Assembly: GCA_964564095.1 (NCBI GenBank)
Contig: CAZLZX010000001.1
Coordinates: forward strand, 1 to 41,159
Length of the DNA stretch: 41,159 nt
Direction of reading: 5' to 3'
Source: an uncultured Eubacterium sp.
Lineage (GTDB): Bacteria > Bacillota > Clostridia > Lachnospirales > Lachnospiraceae
Shown one piece after another: positions 26,310-35,239 of this stretch (within the stretch, counting starts at the first letter, position 1; each line of letters opens with the position of its first letter). Below the pieces are notes generated by a model. That model had not been told where the DNA came from. It worked only from the letters and a program-made list of their open reading frames with translations, and searched no databases. The translations under genes and the position numbers were made by a program.

Positions 26310-27251
26310 TTACATCATTCGTTTCTTCTTCATAATAATCAGTACCGCTATACATATTACCGCTATAATAACACAAATAATGGCAAAGCCATGAGGGGTA
26401 CTTGCTAACGGCATCCACTTAGAATCCACATTCATTCCATACACACCGGAAATAACAGTAGGAATAGCCATAACCAATGTAATACAGGTCAGATATTTCA
26501 TCAAATTATTTAATCGGTTATCAATAACAGAGGACATCAGCTCTCTGGTACCGTTTATAATATCTCGATAGATCGACGTCATCTCGATAGCCTGTTGATT
26601 CTCTGTAATGACATCTCCCAAAAGCTCTTTATCCTCCGGGTACTGTTCCAGCCGTTTATAACGGGACAAGCGCTCCAGCACTACGCCGTTCGCCCGCAGA
26701 GAAGTGGCAAAGTAAACAAGCGTAGACTCCAATTCATGAAGATTGATCAAATCTTCTTCCTGGGTATTCTCTCCTACTCTTTCCTCTATCTCCGTCCTTT
26801 TTTTATCAATAATACGCAGATTTCCCTGATAGAGAACCGCCGTGCGGAACAGGATCTGATATACAAAACGCATCTTCTTCTTTGTGCTGAACTCCCTTAC
26901 CCTGCGCTGAATAAACTGCTGCAAGATCGGTGTTTCCTCGGTACAGACCGTAATCAGATTCGTCTGTGTCAGGATAATACCAAGCGGGATGGTCGTGTAT
27001 GTCTTCGTCTCATGACGAATCTCAGTGGTGGGAATATCCACCAGGATCAATGTATATCCGTCCTCCAGATCAATACGGGAGCTTTCTTCCTCATCCAGTG
27101 CGGCTCGTACGTCAACCATATCTATATCAAAAGCTTCCGCGACTTCCTGGCTCTCTTCCATCGTCGGGTTAATCATGTTGATCCATGCGCCCTCCTGAAA
27201 TTCTTCCAGTTCATGAATGACACAGTCATCTGTTCTGTAAATCGCCAACAT
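26310..27251 (-). CDS. corA: CorA-family magnesium transporter
   Basis: AWINMINPT, NNLMKYLT, signature YGMN, two C-terminal TMs; start 27251 or GTG 27260. Confidence 0.93.
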   Translation of the reverse strand: MLAIYRTDDCVIHELEEFQEGAWINMINPTMEESQEVAEAFDIDMVDVRAALDEEESSRIDLEDGYTLILVDIPTTEIRHETKTYTTIPLGIILTQTNLITVCTEETPILQQFIQRRVREFSTKKKMRFVYQILFRTAVLYQGNLRIIDKKRTEIEERVGENTQEEDLINLHELESTLVYFATSLRANGVVLERLSRYKRLEQYPEDKELLGDVITENQQAIEMTSIYRDIINGTRELMSSVIDNRLNNLMKYLTCITLVMAIPTVISGVYGMNVDSKWMPLASTPHGFAIICVIIAVICIAVLIIMKKKRMM

Positions 27252-27340
27252 ACAATCCACACCTGCCTCTCCATTGTTCTAAGACGTCCGCAGCCCGGAT
27301 ACCGCCTCAAAACATATTTTTTGAAGTTCTCACTCCGCTC

Positions 27341-27369
27341 ATTATACCAAGGTTTTCGCCTTCCGTAAA
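27341..27369 (-). promoter_or_regulatory. Sigma-A promoter for corA
   Basis: Minus strand TTTACG-17 bp-TATAAT with TG extension. Confidence 0.7.
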
Positions 27370-27385
27370 GATAAATGTGCGATCT

Positions 27386-27429
27386 AAAATGGCGTGTCCG
27401 CCAGATGTATTCCGGTGGAGCACGCCATT
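27386..27429 (-). terminator. Terminator after GT2 gene
   Basis: AATGGCGTG...CACGCCATT stem followed by T run on minus strand. Confidence 0.75.
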
Positions 27430-27509
27430 CTTTCTTACTACGATTCATTCATGCTTATTGAACTGCTAATGTTTATTAAGATATACTATTCAGCCCTCGG
27501 CCGTTCCTG

Positions 27510-28766
27510 CTATTTGGAACTTAACTGGGAAAGACGCAGTGTACAGTGATGCTCGATCGGTTTCCACTCCACCTTCTTCGCCAATGCCACAAATGCAATT
27601 GGTGCAAAAGTAAACATGAAGATCGGGAACGTAAATACCGATCCGATTTTAAACCATACATTTGCATGGATTCGTTTCCATTCCGTTGCCAATGTATAGC
27701 CGCCCAGCAATACCATTGCACCATATGTCTTTAACAGGTTCAGCCCCGCATTGTAAAACACAAAAGATAAATCCTGATCCAAAAGCAAACCTGCAGCAAC
27801 CAATGCAATATTTACGATTATCGTAAATGCTGTTACAAAAAATGCCGGCCAGATAGACATCGTCATATCAAAACATGCAAACTTTTTCTCTTTAAAAATA
27901 CCATTCCAGATCTGCCGCCCATATTTCTGGAATACCTGCTGATACCCTTTGACCCAGCGTTCTCTCTGATGCCACGACTGCACAAATTTTTCCGGCTGCT
28001 CATCATAGAAGATTGCGGTTCGGCAATAGCCAATCTTCTCTCCATCTAAAATCTGAGAAATCGTAAACTCAATATCCTCGGTCAGCAGGAAATATTTCCA
28101 TCCGCCCATTTTCTGAAGGATTTCTCTGGAAAAGAAAAATCCCGTACCGGATACCGCACAACTGGTTCCATTTAACATTCTTGCTTTGTTTAACCACTGA
28201 GCTTCATGTAAAAACCAAAGGCCATAACCGGAAGTCAGCCAGTTTGTTCCGAAATTTTTTGTATTTCGATAGCTTGTAACGATCCGGTATCCATCACAGA
28301 ACGTACGGTTCATTTCCTGGATATAGTTTTTCTCAAGTAAGTTGTCAGCGTCAAAAATAAAATAACCATCATATTGTTCCAGACTTCCTTCCTCTTTCAT
28401 TTGATTCATAAGAAATTCTAAGGCATATCCCTTTCCTACCTGAAGCTTATTAAATCGTTCATATACGACAGCGCCATTTTGTCTGGCTACTTCCGCCGTA
28501 TCATCATCGCAATTATCAGCTACTATATATGTATCCACAAGTCCTTCCGGATATTCTTGCAGCCGTATACTTTCCAATAATTGCCCAATCACGGCTTCTT
28601 CATTTCTGGCCGCCACAAGCACGGCAAATCTGTGCTGTTTTATCTCCGGCGAATGCTTTTTCTCTTTCTTCAAATATAATAAGAAGAAATAATATGCCTG
28701 GTAAGCAAAACAAAAAACTAAAATTCCAAGCATGACCCAGTTCGTAACTTTTGTCGCAAATATCAT
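27510..28766 (-). CDS. Processive-type GT2 glycosyltransferase (CESA-like), membrane bound
   Basis: AARNEE, ADNCDD, GKGYAL, FDAD, TEDIE, QRERW motifs and C-terminal TMs. Confidence 0.9.
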   Translation of the reverse strand: MIFATKVTNWVMLGILVFCFAYQAYYFFLLYLKKEKKHSPEIKQHRFAVLVAARNEEAVIGQLLESIRLQEYPEGLVDTYIVADNCDDDTAEVARQNGAVVYERFNKLQVGKGYALEFLMNQMKEEGSLEQYDGYFIFDADNLLEKNYIQEMNRTFCDGYRIVTSYRNTKNFGTNWLTSGYGLWFLHEAQWLNKARMLNGTSCAVSGTGFFFSREILQKMGGWKYFLLTEDIEFTISQILDGEKIGYCRTAIFYDEQPEKFVQSWHQRERWVKGYQQVFQKYGRQIWNGIFKEKKFACFDMTMSIWPAFFVTAFTIIVNIALVAAGLLLDQDLSFVFYNAGLNLLKTYGAMVLLGGYTLATEWKRIHANVWFKIGSVFTFPIFMFTFAPIAFVALAKKVEWKPIEHHCTLRLSQLSSK

Positions 28767-28833
28767 AAAAAAACCTCCCCGCTGTTCCTAAGTGGTAATT
28801 TTCTTTTGTTACTACTTAGTATAGCGGGGAGTT
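28767..28833 (-). terminator. Long hairpin plus U-run covering the GT2 RBS and containing a -10 box
   Basis: Minus strand CTCCCCGCT-ATA-CTAAGTAGTAA...TTACCACTTAG-GAAC-AGCGGGGAGG then T7 then ATG. Confidence 0.6.
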
Positions 28834-28909
28834 ATTGTCATTTTTTATTGGATTTCTTAACAATTTATGATTTTACTCTTACGATATCCGAAAATACATT
28901 AAGTAATTC

Positions 28910-30322
28910 TTATTCTCCGTATTTTTCAACACGCTGACGTTTGATCTCTGCGATCTCATCCTGACGCTCCTGCCACAGTCTGTCTGCAGTCGGTTTCCAG
29001 TTCTCAGCATATGGAATTGTTTTAGCGATCAGATCATCAACCGGCTCCTCTGCCTGCATATCGGTAGAATGAGCTCCTGATGCCTCAACCATCTTCTTGA
29101 TCATCTCAGGATTCTCAAGCATTGGACACGGACGAAGCTGATTATCATTAAATGGCATTGTATTATGATACTGCATGAACAATGGCTGCTGTAAACATTC
29201 TAACAGAGAATGCTCTTTGATGTTTACATTAGAATAATGAATGAATACGCAAGGCTCTACATCGCCGTTCGGATTAATATGTAAGTAGTTCTTACCACCT
29301 GCAATACATCCTCCTACATATTCCGCATCATTCTGGAAGTCCAGAGTAAACAGCTTGATCGGGCAGTTTCTGCTGCGGACAAAGCGAACTCTCTGTACCA
29401 TGTATTCTCTCTGCTCCGGTGTAAGAAGCAGATCAACAGATGCATCTTTTCCAACTGGCATATAATGGAAGAACCAGGAAAGAATCGCTCCCTTATCTAC
29501 CAGCATCTGTAAAAATTCATCAGACGTAACAACTTTATAGTTTTTGCTTGTGTAGCAGATGGAAGTACCGAACAGAAGTCCATGCTCTTTCATCAATTCC
29601 ATAGCATTCATAACCTTCTCAAATACACCCTGGCCACGTCTGTCATCGTTTGTCTCTTCATATCCCTCTACAGAAATAGCGAAAGACAAGTTTCCAAGTC
29701 TCTGCACCTCTTTACAGAACGGCTCATCGATCAATGTACCGTTTGTGAAGATATGGAACGCACAGTCATTGTGCTTCTCAGCAAGCATCAGAATATCTTT
29801 CTTACGAACCATTGGCTCTCCACCGGTCAGAACGAAGAAATGGATACCCAGTTCTTTTGCTTCTGTGATGATTCTGTCAAGCTCTTCATTGGAAAGCTGA
29901 AGCTGATGACCATATTCTGCCGCCCAGCATCCTGTACATTTTAAGTTACATGCACTTGTCGGATCCATCAGGATAACCCATGGTACATTACAGCCATACT
30001 TTTCACGGTTTTCTTTTACTTTCTTGAAGCCTGTCAGACCTGCTTCAAATCCCATGTTCAATACATGCTGCTTTACAACATTTGGGTGCAGTCTCTCCAA
30101 AGCAGTATAAATCATCTGTGTCCATTTCTGCTCCGGATCTCCGAGAACTTCGTTTGCATTATCCCAGAAATACTGTGGGAAGTTCTTGCCGGCAATCTTC
30201 TGAGCAAGGTTCATCAGTTTTACCAGATTCTCTTCACGGTTTTTGTTAATGTACTTGTATACTCCGGTAAAAGCAAGCTCAAATGACTTTCTTGCAGCGG
30301 CATGCTTTAAATCCATAGCCAT
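28910..30322 (-). CDS. Radical SAM protein with SPASM/twitch-type C-terminal domain
   Basis: CNLKCTGC, TGGEP, FTNGTL; GCIAGG..INPNGDVEPC..RPCP. Confidence 0.9.
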   Translation of the reverse strand: MAMDLKHAAARKSFELAFTGVYKYINKNREENLVKLMNLAQKIAGKNFPQYFWDNANEVLGDPEQKWTQMIYTALERLHPNVVKQHVLNMGFEAGLTGFKKVKENREKYGCNVPWVILMDPTSACNLKCTGCWAAEYGHQLQLSNEELDRIITEAKELGIHFFVLTGGEPMVRKKDILMLAEKHNDCAFHIFTNGTLIDEPFCKEVQRLGNLSFAISVEGYEETNDDRRGQGVFEKVMNAMELMKEHGLLFGTSICYTSKNYKVVTSDEFLQMLVDKGAILSWFFHYMPVGKDASVDLLLTPEQREYMVQRVRFVRSRNCPIKLFTLDFQNDAEYVGGCIAGGKNYLHINPNGDVEPCVFIHYSNVNIKEHSLLECLQQPLFMQYHNTMPFNDNQLRPCPMLENPEMIKKMVEASGAHSTDMQAEEPVDDLIAKTIPYAENWKPTADRLWQERQDEIAEIKRQRVEKYGE

Positions 30323-30534
30323 AATTTTCTCTCCTTTATCAACGGTATTGTTTACTATAACTCTAACAGATTTCAGCCCTTACCTCTCCATGCAAGGACC
30401 AACTAAACACTTACTTTTTATCATCGTTTCTTATAGTTTGAGTCAAAAATTCAACCCATTCTTCCAAATATTAATATAAAAAAGACCAAAAGGCAAGCAA
30501 AATATACTTTTTTAATACAAATTGAACAAATTGT

Positions 30535-31875
30535 CTATTTGCGCAATATAACATGTTCCATCAGTATAGCAATAATCAGTCCCATGATCAGACCATTGGA
30601 TACAATATAACGAAGCATCTGCGGCAATGCCAGAAAAGCTCCTGCATCCAAAAACATAATTCCGGCGCCAATCATAAATGAAATACCAATGATAAATCCT
30701 TCTCTGTTCGTAAATTCTACTTTTTTAAATTCCTTAATGCCCTGCTCCAACATCAATGCAAACACGATCATCATTGCAGAATATCCTACCGCTGGCGGAA
30801 TAGCTGCAAAAAAAGTACAGACCGGCGCGATGATACCTAAGTTCATCATAAACACTCCGCCCAGGATAAATGGCGATCTCGCCGCTACCCGTGTCAGCTT
30901 CGTGGTACTTGGCGCTGACGCAAAAGGCACAAAACCTGTTACCGGAAAGATACCGCACAGCGCAGCGGTAATTCCAAATAATACGGTACTTCTGCGAATA
31001 ATTGCCGGTGTATTCGGTCTGTCCAACAGCTCTGACATTCCGTTAATGCTTGTTGCAAAATTAGAAAACAGCACAAATTCCCCAATCAAACAAGTAATGA
31101 TAACACTCGGATCCACCGTCGGTGTTCCCCAGGCAAAAGGCTGCGGAACCGCCAGCAATCCATTTCCCGAAGAGATAAACTCCGGAGAGATTCCCATTGC
31201 GTAGGCAAGTACCCATCCGCACACAACACCGATCAGCGTGGCGATGGACTGAATAAATCCTTTTGTCTTTAAATTAATTACCACAATGACCACAGTGGTA
31301 ACCAGGAAAGCAAGCAGGAATTTCGGCTGAATTGTGTCATACCCTGATGAAATTCCAGTCGCGCCTTTTATAACGGTCGCGCTCATCTGAAGTACCATTA
31401 ATATCAAAAAACATCCATTTACAATCGGATTAAAGATCTTTAATATCTTCTCCATGAACCCCGTCAAGCCCACGATAATGACCATGATCCCGGCACAGAT
31501 CATACCAAGCTCCAGGTCGGTACGAAGCACTGCCAGATCTTTTCCAAAAGAAGTGGCCGCCCCCGCCAGAATGATCAAAAGTCCCATCCACAATCCCGCC
31601 GGACCGTCAATAATAGGAAAACGATGCCCGATCAGCGCCTGAAGGATGGAAATACCGCCGCTCAATAAGAAGGTTCTCTGCAGCATCTGTGCAATCTCAG
31701 CCTGATCCAATCCCAGATACGCACCGATAATAACCGGCATGATAGCGCTCCCGGCAAGAAAGTATACCAGATACTGGATTCCGTAAATACTGCATTTAGC
31801 TGCCGGAACTTTTTCTTCCAGCCCGTACAGCATCCCCTGAGCATCGGGCTGTTTTATGGTTTTTGTCTGGCTCAT
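30535..31875 (-). CDS. NCS2-family nucleobase (xanthine/uracil-type) permease
   Basis: LYGLEEKVP, LQALIGHRFPIIDGPAGLW, LTRVAARSP; many TMs. Confidence 0.85.
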   Translation of the reverse strand: MSQTKTIKQPDAQGMLYGLEEKVPAAKCSIYGIQYLVYFLAGSAIMPVIIGAYLGLDQAEIAQMLQRTFLLSGGISILQALIGHRFPIIDGPAGLWMGLLIILAGAATSFGKDLAVLRTDLELGMICAGIMVIIVGLTGFMEKILKIFNPIVNGCFLILMVLQMSATVIKGATGISSGYDTIQPKFLLAFLVTTVVIVVINLKTKGFIQSIATLIGVVCGWVLAYAMGISPEFISSGNGLLAVPQPFAWGTPTVDPSVIITCLIGEFVLFSNFATSINGMSELLDRPNTPAIIRRSTVLFGITAALCGIFPVTGFVPFASAPSTTKLTRVAARSPFILGGVFMMNLGIIAPVCTFFAAIPPAVGYSAMMIVFALMLEQGIKEFKKVEFTNREGFIIGISFMIGAGIMFLDAGAFLALPQMLRYIVSNGLIMGLIIAILMEHVILRK

Positions 31876-31893
31876 AACCAATCCTCTTCTTCC

Positions 31894-32862
31894 TTAATCT
31901 AACAGCATATGATAAAAGTCAAAATAATTCGTATTCTGTTCCTTTGTTGCTGCAATTGCAGTTCTTGGATGCTGATTTGTCAGACCTGTCAAAAGATACG
32001 GTACATTGTATCCCCATACAGCTCCATCCTCTATTAATTTCAACATATGCTTCTCTATAAATTTAAGTACCGGCGTAATCTCATATTTCTGATTCTTCAA
32101 AAATCCAAGCAAGCCTTCCAGAGAACAGTTTCCTGCTCCACGTCCCATACCCATAACGGTTGCATCCAGCATACTTGCTCCAATTGCCAGCGCTTCAATC
32201 GTATTGGCAAAGCTGCACTGCTGGTTATTATGTGCATGAATGCCTACCAGTTTTCCCGCCGGTTCCATAACTTTCAAATACATATCTGCAATATTACGCA
32301 CCTGAATCGGATACAGAGAACCATAGCTGTCTACGACATAAACACCCTTTACCGGAGATTTTGCCAGCATATCCAGTGCGATCTGTATGTCGCTTTCCTG
32401 ACACTTGGAAATCGCCATAATATTACAGGTGGTTTCATATCCCTTTGCTGCCGCATCTTCGATCATGGCAATGGCCTCCGGCATAGTATTAATATAAGTA
32501 GCAATACGTATCAGATCTACCGGGCTGTTTGCTTTATCCTGAATGCTGTTCTTATAATCACAACGTCCTACATCAGCCATGATAGAAATCTTCATATCCG
32601 TATCATTGTCGCCCACTACTGCGCGAATATCATCATCATCTGAAAATTTCCATTTGCCGAACTTGTTTACATCAAACTGCTTTTTATCCGCACGATAGCC
32701 AAATTCCATGTAATCCACGCCTGCTGCCAGATTCATCTCATACAGATCTTTTACAAAATCATCTGAAAAATAGAAGTCATTGACAAGACCTCCGTCACGA
32801 AGGGTAGCATCCAGTACCATTGCGTCCTCCCGCACGGACATCATATTTCCTTTTATTTCCAT
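31894..32862 (-). CDS. DRE-TIM metallolyase (HMGL-like), 4-hydroxy-2-oxovalerate aldolase-like
   Basis: LDATLRDGG, YVVDSYG, GIHAHNN, GMGRGAGN; start after ACAGGAG. Confidence 0.85.
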   Translation of the reverse strand: MEIKGNMMSVREDAMVLDATLRDGGLVNDFYFSDDFVKDLYEMNLAAGVDYMEFGYRADKKQFDVNKFGKWKFSDDDDIRAVVGDNDTDMKISIMADVGRCDYKNSIQDKANSPVDLIRIATYINTMPEAIAMIEDAAAKGYETTCNIMAISKCQESDIQIALDMLAKSPVKGVYVVDSYGSLYPIQVRNIADMYLKVMEPAGKLVGIHAHNNQQCSFANTIEALAIGASMLDATVMGMGRGAGNCSLEGLLGFLKNQKYEITPVLKFIEKHMLKLIEDGAVWGYNVPYLLTGLTNQHPRTAIAATKEQNTNYFDFYHMLLD

Positions 32863-33065
32863 ATCACATTTCTCCTGTTCTTTTGTAATCATACAAAAAA
32901 TCTCGTATTTTTTATCATATCTTATTTACAGTTAAAAAGCAATCTCATTTTTATTCTCCGGCATTTCCTTTTTAAATTACTGTTTCTTTTTCTTATCCTC
33001 TAGTATATACTATATATTATACACGAAATACTTTTATTAGAGAAAAGACAGGCAGGAGGAAAGCA

Positions 33066-33431
33066 ATGAGTAATAAAGAAATAGTTTTACAGTTTTATAA
33101 GGAAGTATTTAACGAATGGGATATCACAAATATTGACCGATTTATGAAGGACTCTTATATTCAGCACAATCCAACCTGTGAAAATGGGAAAGACGGTTTT
33201 CTGAAATTTGCAGAAAAGTTCCTTGCTATGAAACCACATATGGAAATCATAAAAATCGGCGAGGACGGAGATATGGTATATGTCTTCTTTAAATGCACAC
33301 TTGCCAACGGCATAATAAACAAAGTATGCGATATATACCGGCTGGAAGACGGAATGCTGGCGGAACATTGGGACATTGTAAATCATGATGTAGGAAATGT
33401 AGAATCCGTAAACGGAAACGATATTTTCTAA
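33066..33431 (+). CDS. SnoaL-like / NTF2-fold protein
   Basis: MSNKEIVLQFY, YIQHNP..GKDG, DIYRLEDGMLAEHWD; RBS AGGAGG. Confidence 0.88.
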   Translation: MSNKEIVLQFYKEVFNEWDITNIDRFMKDSYIQHNPTCENGKDGFLKFAEKFLAMKPHMEIIKIGEDGDMVYVFFKCTLANGIINKVCDIYRLEDGMLAEHWDIVNHDVGNVESVNGNDIF

Positions 33432-33453
33432 TCATATACCTCGAGTAAACCTT

Positions 33454-33500
33454 TGAACCGATAAGCAGGATACCCTCAGGATATTCCGCTTATCGGTTCA
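33454..33500. terminator. Bidirectional terminator hairpin
   Basis: TGAACCGATAAGC...GCTTATCGGTTCA between convergent genes. Confidence 0.75.
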
Positions 33501-33502
33501 TA

Positions 33503-35239
33503 TTATCTGTTCATCTGCCACTGACTGCTTTGCCGCTGCTGTGCCAGCATCTTTGCATACAAACTGTTTTTCCCTTTCAGTTCTTCTGGTTTTCCCTGCT
33601 CTGCTACCACGCCATCCTTTAAAAGTACCAATTTATCAGCGCCTTCAACGGTACGCATTCGATGTGCTATGATCAGCACAGTCTTATTTTTTACCAGCCG
33701 GGAAATTGCTTCCTGTATATGTGTCTCATTTTCCGCATCCAGAGATGCCGTAGCTTCGTCAAGGAGAATGATCGGAGCATCTTTTAAAAGAGCCCGGGCA
33801 ATGGAAATCCGCTGTCTCTCGCCGCCGGAAAGGGTCGAACCATTTTCTCCGATCATCGTGTAATATCCATTCGGCAATTTCTCCACAAATTCATCACACT
33901 GCGCCTCTTTTGCAGCCCAGAGAACCGCCTCATCACTGGCGCCCTTGCGCCCGATCCTGATATTTTCCATCACGGTATTATTAAATAAAGTCACATCCTG
34001 AAATACGATAGAATAAGCAGATAACATCTTTTCAGGATCCATGGTCTTTACATCTGTACCGCCGACAGTAATCCTTCCCTTTTGAACATCCCAGAAACGG
34101 GCTGCCAGCTTCGCCGCTGTAGATTTCCCGCCGCCGGAAGGTCCGATCAACGCTGTGACCTCTCCCTGCTTTGCGGTAAAGGAAACGTCTTTCAGTACGG
34201 TTTCGCCGCTGTTATATGCAAATCCCACATGATCAAAGGTAATATCGTATCCATTGGAATGAAAGTCCGCCTCCCCCGGTTGGATCGGATACTGATCGAT
34301 CTCATTCATTCTGTCTATATTGATCTGTGTAGAGATCATTGCCGCAAGATTCTGGAGGCTTCCCGCCATTGGCTCATATACTCTCGAAGCCACCAGAAGG
34401 AAAGCAAAAAACGTAAGCACAGAGACACTATGGTTGAGCAAAAGTACACTGCCCGCCAAAGCAACCGTGGCGATTCCAAATTTCAGCAGCATCTGCGCTG
34501 TTACTACAAACATGGCAACTCCCAGTTCAGATTGGATCGCCCTTTTTTCTATGGCATCTATCTTACAGTCCAACCCTTCCAGATATTTTTCTTCGGCATT
34601 ATTCGCCTTCAGATCCCGCACGGTCTCAGTGCATTCCTGTATCCCATCCGCACACGCCAGAACCGCATCGACTTTCTTTTTGCTGAAATAATTCTGTATC
34701 CGTTTGGAAAATCCGACAATGATAAGCGCCACCGGCAATACCCAAAGCGCCGCCAATGCCAGCCTCCACTCAAAGAAAAGCAAGCCAATCGCAATCAGGC
34801 AAGTGGAAATGATTGCCCCAAAAAACTGCGGAATCCAATGGGAAAACGCCGTTTCCAAGGTGGCACAATCTGACATCATCGTACTGGTCAGATCGGACAG
34901 ATCTTTTTTCCCGAAAAACGCCAACGGCAATTGACGGATCTTTTCTGCCAGATGGATCCTTCTGGTTCCGCTCTCTTTATAAGTCGTAAAGAAGGTAGCA
35001 TTATACTGGATTCTCGTAGTTGCATATATAATTACCAATATTACTGCAATCCCGATTCCAAAGATAACATAATGAGCTTGCGGAACACTTCCCTCCATCA
35101 AATCCATCACAAGCAGATACAGCAGGCAGACCGGAAGCATCAGCGCCAGATCTGAAACTGTGCAGGCAAGCGTAGATTTTACCAAATCCTTTGCGCCCTG
35201 CCTGGAAAGCGCATATTTTTTCATAAGAAATTCTAACAT
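33503..35239 (-). CDS. ABC transporter TMD+NBD half transporter (YbtQ/IrtB-like)
   Basis: GPSGGGKS, LSGGERQR, LLDEATASLDAENE, IAHR; N-terminal 6-TM domain. Confidence 0.9.
   Translation of the reverse strand: MLEFLMKKYALSRQGAKDLVKSTLACTVSDLALMLPVCLLYLLVMDLMEGSVPQAHYVIFGIGIAVILVIIYATTRIQYNATFFTTYKESGTRRIHLAEKIRQLPLAFFGKKDLSDLTSTMMSDCATLETAFSHWIPQFFGAIISTCLIAIGLLFFEWRLALAALWVLPVALIIVGFSKRIQNYFSKKKVDAVLACADGIQECTETVRDLKANNAEEKYLEGLDCKIDAIEKRAIQSELGVAMFVVTAQMLLKFGIATVALAGSVLLLNHSVSVLTFFAFLLVASRVYEPMAGSLQNLAAMISTQINIDRMNEIDQYPIQPGEADFHSNGYDITFDHVGFAYNSGETVLKDVSFTAKQGEVTALIGPSGGGKSTAAKLAARFWDVQKGRITVGGTDVKTMDPEKMLSAYSIVFQDVTLFNNTVMENIRIGRKGASDEAVLWAAKEAQCDEFVEKLPNGYYTMIGENGSTLSGGERQRISIARALLKDAPIILLDEATASLDAENETHIQEAISRLVKNKTVLIIAHRMRTVEGADKLVLLKDGVVAEQGKPEELKGKNSLYAKMLAQQRQSSQWQMNR

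Noticed and set aside
27252-27500. M-box (ykoK) or NiCo riboswitch upstream of corA
   Set aside because: Leader too short for an M-box and lacks the conserved cores of either class
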